Positions 26,744 through 39,700 of a DNA stretch of 64,000 bases are shown one piece after another. Positions within the stretch are counted from its first letter, which is position 1. Every line of letters begins with the position of its first letter. The position numbers and the translations under genes were made by a program. The notes beneath the pieces were generated by a model. That model saw only the letters and a list, made by a program, of their open reading frames with translations. It searched no databases and was not told the DNA's origin. Origin of the DNA: Ramazzottius varieornatus. Lineage: Eukaryota > Animalia > Tardigrada. Where the stretch lies: positions 6,438,448 through 6,502,447 of the forward strand of contig BDGG01000002.1 in the NCBI GenBank assembly GCA_001949185.1, in the 5' to 3' direction.

Positions 26744-26849
26744 TAGACTTGTCGCGGATAAGATAAGATAAAGAGTTTTATCCGTTTTTCATCCGCGGAT
26801 AAGAAACATTGCATAAAGCTCTTTTCTTATCTTATCCGCGACAAGCCTA
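26744..26849. mobile_element. 106-bp hAT-type MITE
   Basis: 25-bp TIR TAG(A/G)CTTGTCGCGGATAAGATAAGA. 8-bp TSD GCTCTCGT (26736-43) / CCTCTCGT (26850-57), 7/8 identical. Confidence 0.85.
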
Positions 26850-26981
26850 CCTCTCGTGAGAAGGATTTGCTTCAATTATTATTTTGGTGATTTTAAGAGA
26901 AAACTTGCCGAGTTCAAATTGCCGAGTAGAACTCTTGAAAGTAGGGTTCTTGTCTTCCGGTAACGACGGACGGAGGTACCT

Positions 26982-29900
26982 TTATGAGACACCGGTAGAG
27001 GAGCTTTCTGGGCGGCTGCTCTGTGGAGTTGCAGAAGTCATAACGTTGAGATAGTGTCCGCTGATTGTGTTGGACGACTTTATTCGTAGGTCATCGATGC
27101 TTCCAGTGAGCTTGCCTCTTGTGCACATCCTTGTTGCCGCACAGGCTTTTCGTAAGGTTTTGCGGAAGTTCGTGGACATGAAGCCATATATGACGGGGTT
27201 AAGACAGCTACAAGAGATTATACATCATTCCGTATACGATGGGGTTTGAGCCGCTATAACAAATTGCAAAGAGGCCTTTGACAAAAGGATTTCGAATCCA
27301 AAGGGAGTTGGATGCAACGTGTCCAAGGACCACATGGAATCTCACCTGTGCAAGTAAGGCAACAATTTCACGACGTGCTTCGCGATGTAGACCGCTTCTC
27401 CGAAAGTCGTTATTAGACCATGGACGCGAAAGAACTCGAAAACCACCTACAGAAAAGACACGTCTATTACGAACTTAGGGAAAACCCTTACTGGATAAAT
27501 TATCCTCGCTCACGAGAGGTCCCCAGCAAATCAGAAAGGCGAAGTTGACAGCCAAGAGCATTTTGATGACCTGCAAATTACTGGTGTTGAAATTCTGACA
27601 GCGGAGAAAGGGTCATTAAGGCTGTTTTCACTATTTGGTACCTGTCGTCTTCCAGCTTTGAGGTCCGACGTTTGCTGCCTCATGACTTGGGCGTCGACGG
27701 AAGTATCCAGTTGATTAACTGAAGCCGGCGATTCCGACCTACGTCTCTGCCATTTCAGCAACAACTGCAGCGGGTTTCTGCTTCGTTGATGGTAACGCGC
27801 AAGACATTCGTCATACGCCAAGCTGCCAGCTCGACTGCGTCGCTTCTCCATTACACTGGTCATATTGGAATGTTTCTTTCTAGGCAGGTACTCCATGGGG
27901 AGCTCTTGTTGATTTAGTTGTTGTCCTGCTGTGTTGTGCGTATCGCTTTCCACCTGGTCAATTAGCTGGGTGTTGTTCAATGGTGTGTAGTCACTGGCAA
28001 TGACCAACTTCTCCGTAATGCTATGATTGCTCTCTATCCCCGAGTCGCGAAGAGCTGTCATGAGATAATGCTGGCTGTGATCGGAAGGCATCCCTTGAGA
28101 ATGCGAGTACTTGGTTGTAACACTGCAAATCAGTGCACGTGCCAAATTGAAACACACACACACACACGCTGAAAAGCCTCCCTCGGGGGGAAGCTGAGGA
28201 AGCCGGGAGGAACTGCTTACCTCATTGACGCTCCTCTTCCGGAGTGTGATGTAAAAACGGCCCGTGTTGTGGAACTCCATAAGACTAGGATCATTTTACC
28301 GTAGCATGCCGCCTGCACCAGCAAGGGCAAGAGAAAGAGGCAAACCATATGGTAGATCGACAAGGCTGCTCCTTCGTCACCGGAAGGTTCTTCGCAGAAT
28401 ATCACTGTAACGATAGACTCTTCCAGGATTCTTGAATCGTTACCGCGTTTGCCGTAGCAAAATGGCTGGACTTCCTGAAAGAAGAAACCAAGAGATTGTC
28501 ACGGGAAAATCCATATCGAAGAAAGAAAGTAAATGGACGTCGGCGAACGATTTCCCCGGAGCCGTTTTCTCAAATGGCGTACACTCTCGAAAATAACGGC
28601 GACAACATGCGTCACTTGAGATAATAATCTAGGTAAATTATTTGCCGAAGTGCCAAATAAGCGTACTAGTATTTCACGACAGTCTAAGGTTGTTGAATTT
28701 CCGAACGAAAAGTGATTTTCTGGAATGCTATTTCTGCGGTATAATTAAAAATTGGCAAATGGTGTCGGGGAAAAGCACTGCAGTGAAGTCAGGGTGTGGT
28801 AGCGAGGTCTTAGCCGGAGATTAACGCCCACACGCCACTCAAGGTCCCGGGTCTCTTTCCGGCTCTTTCCGTTTTAAACAATCGCGCTCTTGTAAATTCT
28901 TCGTCAAAATTAATCTACACTCGGAACTTACCCATGTAAATAGACTTGGAAGTGCCATCAGCACCGCCAGTGACCAGACGACGACCAAGAGCCGCTTACA
29001 GTTCTTGATGGTGCAAAGCTGTCGTGATCGCATCGGGAGAACGATAACAATAAATCTACAAAGACAACACCCATCTACAGTACAGTGATCACGGCTTTTC
29101 GGTATGCATAATGGCAATACAGTGAACAGTCTAATACAGGGATTAGAAAAGGTTCAATGGCGATGAGACTATGGCCGTGTGCTTGAGTAAAGCTGAAAGG
29201 ACAGCCATGCGTTTTATTTGATTGATGCAATAAGACCAAGTACTAACGTCGCCATAACCTTTCGAGTAGTATCGGAAATTATTAGGAATTATACAGTACC
29301 GGTGCCAGAAATTACAGAGTATCTCTGCGGTTCATACCTTGTTATCTTACCGTGGAAGTCTAAGGTCTTCGTCTGCCCTTTTCAGTACAAGGAACAACCT
29401 TGCACTGTATCTTCGGTCACACTGAACAGTCTGATGCTTTGGTCCTCAGCGGTAACTTTACAGAAAATATTCAAAATACGAGGAACCATTCTGGATTACT
29501 TTCAGATCACTCTTAACCTTCTGTTGTGCGCATTTCCCTCACATAATTTTACGTCATTGAGATTTCATCGCGAGCATGGTTAACCGTGATCGAGCAGTCA
29601 TCTTATTGAACATGACAGAATATGTACCAGCTGTTAATTGCAATGGCTGAACCACGATATATTTTAGCTGAGAGCTAGCTCCCAACGAATATTTACATGT
29701 CGCGGCTGAACTGAAGTCTAGCCATCGTTTTTGGAAACCTGATGATTCCACCCACCCTCGCCCGCACACGTAGAATTTTCGATAATTTGCATTTACCTTT
29801 CGACCGTGATCGCCATCAGGTTCAGGACGGTGGCGAAAGCGGACAACATCCGGCTAAATCCCACAGCTTTGCAGGACACATTTCCTCCCTGCACTGATCG

Positions 29901-31088
29901 CTGGAAGTAGGACGCGACGTCCGGGACTGCCGACAGTAGTAGCAAGATGTCAGCGGCAGCCAAACTGAAGAGGATTAAGAGTTACTTCCTGTGAGTTGAA
30001 TTGGAATATCCTTAGCCGTAATTTCTTCCACTTTCGAAGACGGCTTTATTTTTTGCCAAGTCTCAGTGAATCAAATCCTCGGATTAGCCAGCTCGGGGGA
30101 TTAAGATGGTTCCTCACACCCACGTACACAATTAACACTTTCAGCTTTGCAGAATACTACCGTCCTCTTTGTGTAAACAGGAATTTTATTGGCTGGTACC
30201 GTGTTGCGGTTGCTGGTCCAACCAATAGGCAGTTTTCGAAATTTCAAAATTCGGATAATTGGCAGGCCATGAACGCCAAATCTCAAAAGGGAGAACTGGT
30301 CGTCTTGATTTTCTTCTGACCGCACTGATGACTAAAAAATTTATCCCAGGCTCGGCTTCGATAGATAAGACTGTCCCCAGTGCTCCAGTTTTTTCTAAGC
30401 GAATACCGTGCACGTGTCTCGCGCGAAGAGACGAAACACCAAATTTCACGAAAGCCACCCGAAACCGTAGAAAAAATTTCCAGCGTGCTGGGGTTTTGCT
30501 GACCGCTGGTCATTCGTGTTGTTTTGATGAGAAGACCGAGGTACATGCAAACAAAAAGACCCAGACCCGAAAGATCAAAAGCTAAAACTGGGAGGTAAAT
30601 AAAACTGAGTGATTGTATGCACAAAGAGGACGGTCGTACGCAGAGTGTTAAGCAATCTATTATTCGGTCTGGTCTTTTAAGATCTTTTGATCCCTTGGGC
30701 AATCGTCATTGTTGGGGGAGAAAATAGGGCGATTAAGAAGAATTTGCATAACGTAGCGGGAACCTTCAGTGTGCTATAAAGCTTTATTAAGCTATTAAAT
30801 TGTTTTTAATCACCTGACTAGAAATAATCCGGTGGCACTACGTGCTTTCGAGCACTGCATAGCATACATCACCAGCACGTTTCCGATACTCCCGAAAAAT
30901 ACACAGAGAGAATAAACCATAACAATCGGGATAAAGTGTCCGTGTATGATCCATGGCTTTCTCATTTCTTCCGGATTGTCATAAGGGATTACATGTTCCA
31001 GCGCAATCGGATAGGAACCCATTCCACCGGATGAATAATTTGCGTTGAGCTCGCTCTTCCAGTCTCCCGAATAGTCGGATGAATCCAT
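26982..31088 (-). CDS. Rhodopsin-class neuropeptide GPCR (QRFP/RFamide-receptor-like), long ICL3
   Basis: GSIGN (TM1), SLAAAD (TM2), ERFIVIVLPMRSR, CWGP (TM6), CLNPVIYGFMS.NFR (TM7/H8), spread over about 8 exons. Confidence 0.88.
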
Positions 31089-32411
31089 TTTCTTTTCGGA
31101 TGCTGTGCACAATGACAGCAGACCAACGTCGGAATAAGGATAGAATCAAAAGTTTCAAGACCTGTACACTTCTTCCAATACGACAGGCTTCTGATTTTCG
31201 CACAATTAATGTTTGAGATTACTTAAGGCAAGAACCAAGGGTAGGGTCGCGGAGACCCGAACGTCTCACCGGAAGTAGCCGCGCGGCACGAACGAGGGTC
31301 AAAGTTAACAGAAAGACGTCAACAAGGAAATAAAACTTAAAGCGTCATGTTTAGAAAGGGTAAGTCAGCAAAGAAAGTATCGATAACAAACCGGGAACAC
31401 TTTGAACGAATTTGACACGATATATCGTTTTCCCATGTGGAATGCACTTCCGGTAGCACTAAGCTGTCTTCAAGACGGGAAAATAGATACGTATCAAAAA
31501 TAGAAAAATAAACGACAACAGAAGTCGACACGATGTTAAGCATGTCGAAAAATGGAGTATCTGACTTGCGTCCGATAGACAGGAAGCTCCAAGAATGCAA
31601 AGACAACATCCTGTAATGGCGATATCCCGCTCCTTCAAGGGTAACACGGCATGTCCGTATCATGTGTGATCAAGTATCAACAGCTGCGTATACGTGTCTC
31701 GCTGGCGATCAATCCATTCTCTGCTCACTCCGTAGATTACTCTTGCATGGATCTCTGGCAAGCTGAATACGTTGGGCGGGAACCCCTCATCCACAATCCG
31801 ACGGAACTCATTCTCTCGTTCCAGCTCCGATGCCGCCACGTTACATTTTCTCGTGGTTAGGAGGAAAACGCCCAATATATTTCTTGATGGAACCTTTCAT
31901 GTCAGGAAAAACGCCGTGGGTAACCAGAGAAAGCACTATTGGCTCGAACATAGAAACATGTGGATGGCCAAGTCCTGCATGTTGACATTGAAACAACTGT
32001 TCTAATGAAGTTTCCTTCAGATCCTACAGTCCTCCAGTATGTGCCAAAAGTTTTATGAGCTGCGTCTCGCACAGGCTGTCGATCTACATAGGTCTGCACA
32101 CCCAAGTTATGGCTTTCCGGTCGGCAAGTGCGAAGCGTCGGTCATGACTCATAAGGAACAACTTTCCAGATGTTTTTTTTCAGGCTAATGAACAAAACCG
32201 ATTGACTTCTAATTCTCAAACTGTCAGCAATTGCTTCTGTAGAAAAGGTTGAAAATTTGTTAGACAAAAAAACTCTAGCGAAAGAGCGGGACAAAGCGCG
32301 ACCTGTATATGCGAGAGACTATAAGATAGGTTAGGCATTCATCGAGCAAGAGGAAAACCGGTTCGGAAAACTGAGCTTTGAATAGGAATTACACCGCGCA
32401 AAAATCTACCT

Positions 32412-34690
32412 TCATTTTTTTTGCTTCTTCGACTTGCCACCTTTGGAGTTGCCCTTGAATCTGTTCTTTGAAATTCCCTTGCTTGTCGTCTACAAAGAAA
32501 ACTTGTCGGTAAAGTTCCATTGCAGTGCGTCGGCGGAACATCCCACACGGTAGATTATTCTACCGTACGCCAAGATTAGAAAATGAACTTCATACCTTCT
32601 TTCCTTTCTTCTCGCTTTCAGTTTCCTCCTCGTCTTGAGCTCCGCTGCGCCTGCTTTTCGACTTGGAAGATCCGGAGCAGCTTGGTTCTTCGTCTTCATC
32701 CGCCTCGAGTTCATCTCTGAATGACTTGCACGATCGCATCAGGGCAGAGGAGCGACGTCTGTCGGCAGCGCGGGATCGAAGACTGTGAGCCAGAGTGTCC
32801 AGTTCCTCATCTTCCAACTGCGAACGTCGAGGCAGCCTTGATGTCAATGACAGCCTGGAGCTTGGTCGGGTCAGTCGTTCTTCCTCCTCGTCCTGTAAAG
32901 ATATCTTATTTAAAAAGCTTCCAAATCAAAAATGAAAGGAATTGGGACCGAGGCAAACAAACTGGACAAGGTCGCTTTTCTGAGCGGCGCACGCCTTCAG
33001 CTAATGACAGTGACTGCGTGCGCCACTTGGGTGGAACAAACCTGTTGGACGAGCTTCCACTTGAAGTGGATCAAGTCACAAAATTGACCAGAATTAGTCA
33101 ACCCGAAGTAGGAAAGCTAAGCACGAAAACTTACCATCATATCCAGCAGCTGCAGGAAGTCCACTCCATCGACATCGATGTCATCCGATCGCCGTTGGAA
33201 TCGGCTGGATTTTCCTTTGAGGTGCTTCTTCATGCTCTTTCTGTTGTCACTCGAGTCGAGGTGAATCTGTTTGGAGAAGCGAATTGTTGGAACTGTAGAT
33301 CAGAAGTTTCGAATCACTAACGTGACTGAAGGCTCACCACCACAATGCGGTTTGGATCTTCCATGAAGAGACCTCGACAAGAAGATGGACTGTAGAGCTC
33401 ATCGGAAGAACCGACACGCTGCGAGTCGAAGAGTCCACGAGCTTGTGTTCTTGCCGATTGTCGTGCGAGCTCCCGAAGTTGGGGACAACGTGACTTACGG
33501 AAGTATTTGTCCACAAAGGTCTCACTGTCCCGCGTGTCGTACCGTCTGCTGGAGCTCTGTAAGCGAAAACGGCTCGGTCGGTCCAGTTTCACTCACGGTC
33601 TTACGGTTAATCTCCAAGCTAACCTTGAAACATTCTCGAAACTACAGTAGCAAAACACTTGCAGAGCCACTTCCCGGAAAACAACTGAACAATGTGAAGG
33701 AGTACACTGACCTCTGGGTAGAGTCCAAGTCTCGAACGTTGCTCTTCTTCCTCGTAAGGGTATCGACTGTCACGGCTGAAGGACGGAGAAGAACGTGCAT
33801 GGGAAGCTGAGCGGGAGGAGTCTTGAAGGCGGTAGTGGCGTTCTTCATGGCTGTGTCCCTGCAAAGAAAACGGCGGAACGTTCGTGCCAGTTGCCATTCT
33901 TCGTGGTGCGATGGTTAGTTCAAGAAAAATCGACAGAGAAATGGACAAATGGAAGAAAGCTGCCACTCACTCGGCGGAATGGGTTCCAACTGGTGGTGTC
34001 ATCCGATTGGTTGCGGCGAGTAGACTGGTCATCATAGACGTGGCGCGGAGGTTCGGCGTAGTAGGTGACAGTGGGATCACGGTCTGTTCCTGATCTGTAC
34101 GAAGTGTCTTCCCGTCTGCTCACAGGTTCATCCGACTGGAACAGAGAGTCGTGCTGGCGAAGATGTGTAGGACCACGGTCCTCCAGGAAGGCATCGATGT
34201 CTCGTTCTTCATGGACGTATGCCTGCAATCAAACCCGGAAGCAATCAACCACGATAACTGGCTTGTATATACAGGTGCACCGGTACAAGATCGAGAAAGT
34301 TAGTTTGCCCAAAAGAACAAGCTTCAAGTGGGTAAACTAACCTGATCACTGTCAAGGTCCGGCTGATCACGAAGATGGGAGCTTGGGTAGTCTGTATCCC
34401 GATCAGAAAGATGCTGGGATGAGCGGCATCTGTCGCCTTTGCAGCCGCTAGGAGAATCCGAGGCAAAGTCGGACAAACCACGGCCAATGTGATAGTCGTC
34501 CTCCTCACGAAGCACCTCCACCTGCAAATAATACGTGACTTCAGGCAAGGCCGTCCGAGAGGAAACCTGTGGGGCGGAAGGTCCGAGGAGGAAGAGAATA
34601 TCTTTCAAACGACGTGCTCGCACTCACTTGTCTGCAGTGGATGACAGCGCCGAGCGCCAGGAGGATGAGGAAGTGAAAATCAGCTCCCAT
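32412..34690 (-). CDS. Orphan secreted, highly charged low-complexity (disordered) protein, ~450 aa
   Basis: Exon 1 MGADFHFLILLALGAVIHCRQ (signal peptide), then 7-8 exons with clean GT-AG phase-0 junctions. R/S/D/E-rich, ending ...KGGKSKKQKK*. No domain recognised. Confidence 0.72.
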
Positions 34691-35048
34691 GTTGAATATA
34701 CCTGATGACGCAGTTTCTGAGAGGAATGAAGAGATGGGAAAATCAGCGAAGAATGTGGCTGGAGCAGGATAATTGAAATGCGGCGACTGAAGTGTAATCC
34801 GAAGCCCAACTTTGCAGAATCCTTGCTCGATCTGAGAAGACCGAGATTAATGAACAAAAGGTAGATTGTTATCACTTATAGTTCAATAAACCTGCACAAA
34901 TACTTGTGCACCTTGACCAAAGCCGTAGGTGTTACTCCCACTAATCCTCAGTGCTGGTTGCTCTACTTGTGCGCACTTACCTGGACACTGGCGACTCGTT
35001 GTGTTACGTGACTTACGTCGTTCATCCTGGCGATGTCATCTTATATTA

Positions 35049-35479
35049 AGGGCTTACAAAGATAGATTACACCGCTTGTGGAATTACAACGCTGGTGTAA
35101 TTGGCTCCACCCACACCCTTGCGAATGGCCCATTCATTCCACCAGACATTATACTTTCGGTGTAATTACGAGTCGCTGCGGAACGACTCGTAATTACGCC
35201 AGACTTAACCAACATCCCGAGTGCGCTGTGCTTCCCTCCAAACTTTCAAATGTCATTTCCATGATGAAGTTTCTCGCTACTCGTCTTACCGGTGAGTGCA
35301 TGGTGGTTCCTCCAACATCAAAGATCTCATAATCCTCCGATCGTACTTACCTGCAGTGTGGGGCTTTCAAAGCGAGCCGTTACACCGCTTTCCTAACTAA
35401 TCAAAAAAATTTCTGGGCGCATCCACCAAAGTAGCTGGTGTTATTACACCACGAAGCCAGCATAGTCTTCATAAGCCCT
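35049..35479. mobile_element. MITE family A, full-length (431 bp)
   Basis: TIRs AGGGCTTACAAAGA / TCTTCATAAGCCCT, TA on both sides. A second copy lies at the window start. Confidence 0.85.
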
Positions 35480-35589
35480 TATCGTCTACGATGTAATGAG
35501 ACTATCTGACGTGAAAAAGTGAATATTCACTATCTCCAGTGTTTGATGTGTAGTTTATATATATAGTGCATAGTGTGTATATGTATATA

Positions 35590-36168
35590 GTTGACCTGTT
35601 TCGCAAGTTATGTTTTCGGCTTGCACAGCATAGGTATAGGTTTTATGCTGTGTAGTTATCCACGGCTTATGCTTCGCCGAATATCGCTGCATAGAATTTG
35701 AAATTCTGTACAAGCTGAGTCGATTGTACTATTGACCACTTTGGTCGAGATTTGAAATTTTGGTGGAGTGGAGCGTGATCAGACCAATCAGCGAATTGGA
35801 CTTGGCGCGTCAAGTGATCCGAGCTCAGGTCCCACATTGCGCCACTTGACTTCCGCTCTCGTTCCTTGTCGAAATCCATCATGTTTTCGGCCGAAACTAG
35901 CATTGAAGTTAGGAAGAGATAATTGGCTTCCCGAAACTATCGCCAGAAAAAGCGAAGTGCGGGATTTATCCAGTGGGGCTAAATGACAGGCCCCGCGAAT
36001 TCCGATGAAGCTCTTCCGAACTCGCGCGGCCAATATCCCTTCATGCTAATATTCTGTGCCGGAAGTGAGCAAACCGCGAAACGGTTTCTGCACAGAAACT
36101 CACACAGTATAAAATCATGAGATTTTGTTCTATTCAGAGCCGAAACGTGACTTGCGAAACAGGTCTAC
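35590..36168. mobile_element. Non-autonomous TIR element (MITE B)
   Basis: GTTGACCTGTTTCGCAAGTTATGTTTTCGGCT inverted as AGCCGAAACGTGACTTGCGAAACAGGTCTAC. TA flanks. The right end is partly duplicated at 36174-36188. Confidence 0.8.
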
Positions 36169-36760
36169 TAGACCGAAACAGGTCTACTGGTGTGTATATA
36201 TACATATAGTGTAGGTATATATATATGGGTATCTCCATGCGAGAATGCGTCCAAAGTATTTTGGCTGGGAATCGATCTTTTATGACATGAAGTTGTTCGA
36301 AATATTGAACTGTATCAAAGGTTTAATTTGATGCACTTTGGTGCGGTAATGAACACACAACGGGTGGCTGAAAATTTACGCTGAAATTCACCCTAAAAGG
36401 AAGGGCATATGCACTGTTTTTTGCCCGTGGGAAGCCGATGCCGCTTCCACATGAAATTTAGTGCAAAATTGGATGGGAAGCATGGCACTAAATTCGGTAG
36501 GGAACTGCTGCGCGTAACTCGCGGTAGCATTGTTCTTGAATTCAACGAAGATAAAACGTAAGGAAGTGAATGGGAATATTTAAAGTTGCAGGTTATTCAG
36601 CGAGGCTGGAAGATTCTATTGGGGATAAACGCGCGAGATTCTATGGAAGAATGAAACTTACGCAAATGTTAAACTACCCATTTTTAAGTACAAATGCGGT
36701 GCAGTAAAACGATGTAATTGCAAGAAGTAACTGAAGCGGGAGAATGCAGAGAAATCGGAG

Positions 36761-39700
36761 TCACTTTTTTCTTTGACGCTTGGGTAGTGCAGGAACAGAA
36801 GGCTGTAACGAAGGACTGGGCGTAGGCGGGTTTGGAGGAGCCGGAGCAGTCCTTCGCTCTGGAACAGCAACTGCAGGTGGCGCAGGGGCGTTTGTAATAA
36901 TAAACGTCTTCCACTCGTCTTGTTTGTTGTAAGTGACATGTTCCAGTACCTGTTTCAGCAGTTCCTTGGCTCTCGTTGCGGAGAACCCACCGGTCTCAAG
37001 AACTTTGACGGGAGCTTGTCGTACCAGTTTGCGGGTCCGCACGATGGACGTCTTGTTCTTTGCCGCCTCCATTAGCACTTCGGTTGTTGGTCCTCCTGCC
37101 TTGGCACAGTGTCGAAGAATGACATCGCGCTCCTCGTCACGATGAAGCTTGAAGTGGTACGAACCGTTAATGCCAGGAACGGACTCATACCGATCCTCGG
37201 CGAAGGTCTTTATGTCGTTCCAAATCCATTCTGGCTCGTCGTCCTTGTCAAAGGTGTGGGAAGAAGCTGCCTTAGTGGCAATCTCTGTTTTCATCTCGTG
37301 CGGAAGGCCGATAGAGAAACGGCGGAAGATACGTTTCAGTAGGCCAAAAAACGCGTCCGGTGAGAATTTCATGTGCCCGGGAGGAAGAAAAAGGATCTCT
37401 ATGGTATCGTAGCGGCCTGTCTTGATCAAGTGGGCAAGGTAGCCCATCGTAAACCGATTCTTGTTTTGGCCGGTACAGTTGTCTGCATAGATGCAGAGAT
37501 TGCGCTCACCGTTGTCGGACTGTTTGAGGAAGAAATCCAGCATGGACAGCACGGAGTTTGGGCTATGCGAGTTCTTGCCGTCTAGGCCGATGCAGTTTGA
37601 CTCATTCATGAAGAAGTAATACACCCGGGAGTTTGACTCGTCGACAAGGCCAAAAATGTGGACACCCAGTGGCGACTATAATAACTGATAAGAATTGAGG
37701 TTCTACGTGATTAATTGTGTGAACGGATATGCTTACAAACGTGGTGGAGGTCTGCAGAAAAGGAACTCACCTTGAAGTATATGGCGCCTGCCTGGTCGGT
37801 GTGGTGAGGGAGACCCACGCTTTGGGCAAAGTCGAAAGAAACGACACGGACTGCAGTACCTATAACCATAGATCAATTATGCAGATACGAGTACAGTTGT
37901 TGTTTTCGAGCTTCTGTATTTCCGTTTGTTACTTACGGCCGTCAGTTGTTGAAAACTTCTTCGATTCAGGATCCAGGTTTTTATACTGCAGTTTACTCAT
38001 CAGCACTTTCTGGGCTCTCTGCTGAGCTGCGTGCTCGAGATGAGCTTCCCACTGGGCCTTTGCGGCCTGTTTCCCTGTGTCATCTCGAGGTCCGTGATGA
38101 ATTCTGCTATCAACTTATCGCAAACGTTGCACATGTCCGTGTGAGCCCTGCGGATCTGTTCCAAATATTATAAAAACTCTGCTGCTTCACGGCTTGCCCG
38201 GGACCGACCATTCTTTCCTGAAACGAAGACAGTTAAACATGTCGAAGAGCAGGCCCATCAGCTCTTCAATAAAAAGCATTTTGACACGAGACGTCAATGT
38301 AGTAGGGATGGATTGCCGCAGTGACGTCACTGGGGCTATCGACGCGTCACGCGTACACAGGGCAGTGCGGACCAACTGATTAGCCGACAGAGCTCAATGT
38401 TCACAGTAAGGACCGATGATATTTAGTGACGTCACTGCGGCAGCTTCTTGTACTACTGCCCGAATTTGGTCAGTGAACAATTGGCCAAACTCTTCTTCAT
38501 TTTTGTCATGCATTTATCTTCGGCTATACACATTACAGCTGAAGATCACGGTCTGCAATGAGCCTGCGTTCGACATGGTATAACTAACCTCGTATTTTTC
38601 CAATAATTCCACCTTCGTGAGCTTGGTGGGAAGGTAAACATTTGGAAGACCGGTACTTGTTCCTTGAACGGTAGGCACAGGCAGTCCATAAAGTGAACCG
38701 TATTCCACCAAGAACCTCAGTACTCCTTCGATCTGAGGTTTCTTCAACGCGGAAGTTCCCTTGGCTCCTGCTAGACCATGCTGAAGATTTCCGAAGGACC
38801 CGTTGCTCACAAGTTTCCGAGCTTTGTAAAGACGAGATTTCGTGATGTCGTTTGCGTAGACGAAAGCTTCACGGCAAATTTGTCGATCGGAGGAAAAAAG
38901 GAATTTGGCGTTCCGCTGTCTGTCCAGTGGGAAAGCTGTCATGACTTGGGAGACAAGGAACACCGATCGGGCGTGATAACCAAGTGAGCGAATAGACTTC
39001 CGTCTACCCATGAGTTGTTCCTGCGTCAGGATTGCATGGCACTGTTTCGTACACGCATGGTGTTTACTGACGAAGTCCGTGTAGCGACTTTGCTCGATTG
39101 CTTCAACCCACGGCTTCCCGTGTGATTTTTCCTGATAACATAAAAATATATTATAGGATAATCTGTCAAACTCGGTTGGTTATTTTACGCCCATCTGATG
39201 GTTATTTTACTACACGATGAACATTTATTTCAAATGAGTAGTCAGTCAACAGCGAGCATTACCACAACGCAAATGTTTGGTCAAATGCGAGCACAAATTT
39301 CATTTCAGTTATTATACGTGGCAAAGGGAAAAGTGATCGTGTTTGAAAGTGCGGTATTCACCTCAGATGAGAACGATGCAGTACTCGGGGCTGCTTTCGC
39401 CGACGCGGTTGAGGTTGATGGTTTTTCCGGATTTTCGTCGAACAATTCAGTTTCAATTTCCTGCCACCACACAGCATCTGGTCTATCATTGCTGAACACT
39501 CCAACATCATCGTTAATATCTACGTCCATTTGCAGAATATCTTCCTCGGTAACGGTACGGTCAGGAACCGGCTGTTCATCTTCTTCATTCAGTTCAGTGA
39601 CATCGATATCAGGGAATGCTGGCAGGCAGTATGTTATTTCACCACATTTTCTAGCCTCTTGTTCCTCCACTGACATATATTCCTGTTCATCGTCGGACGT

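Noticed and set aside
35343-35360. TACTTACCTG as a U1 snRNA 5' end
   Set aside because: No U1 stem-loops or Sm site follow. It lies inside a MITE and equals a minus-strand splice-donor consensus.
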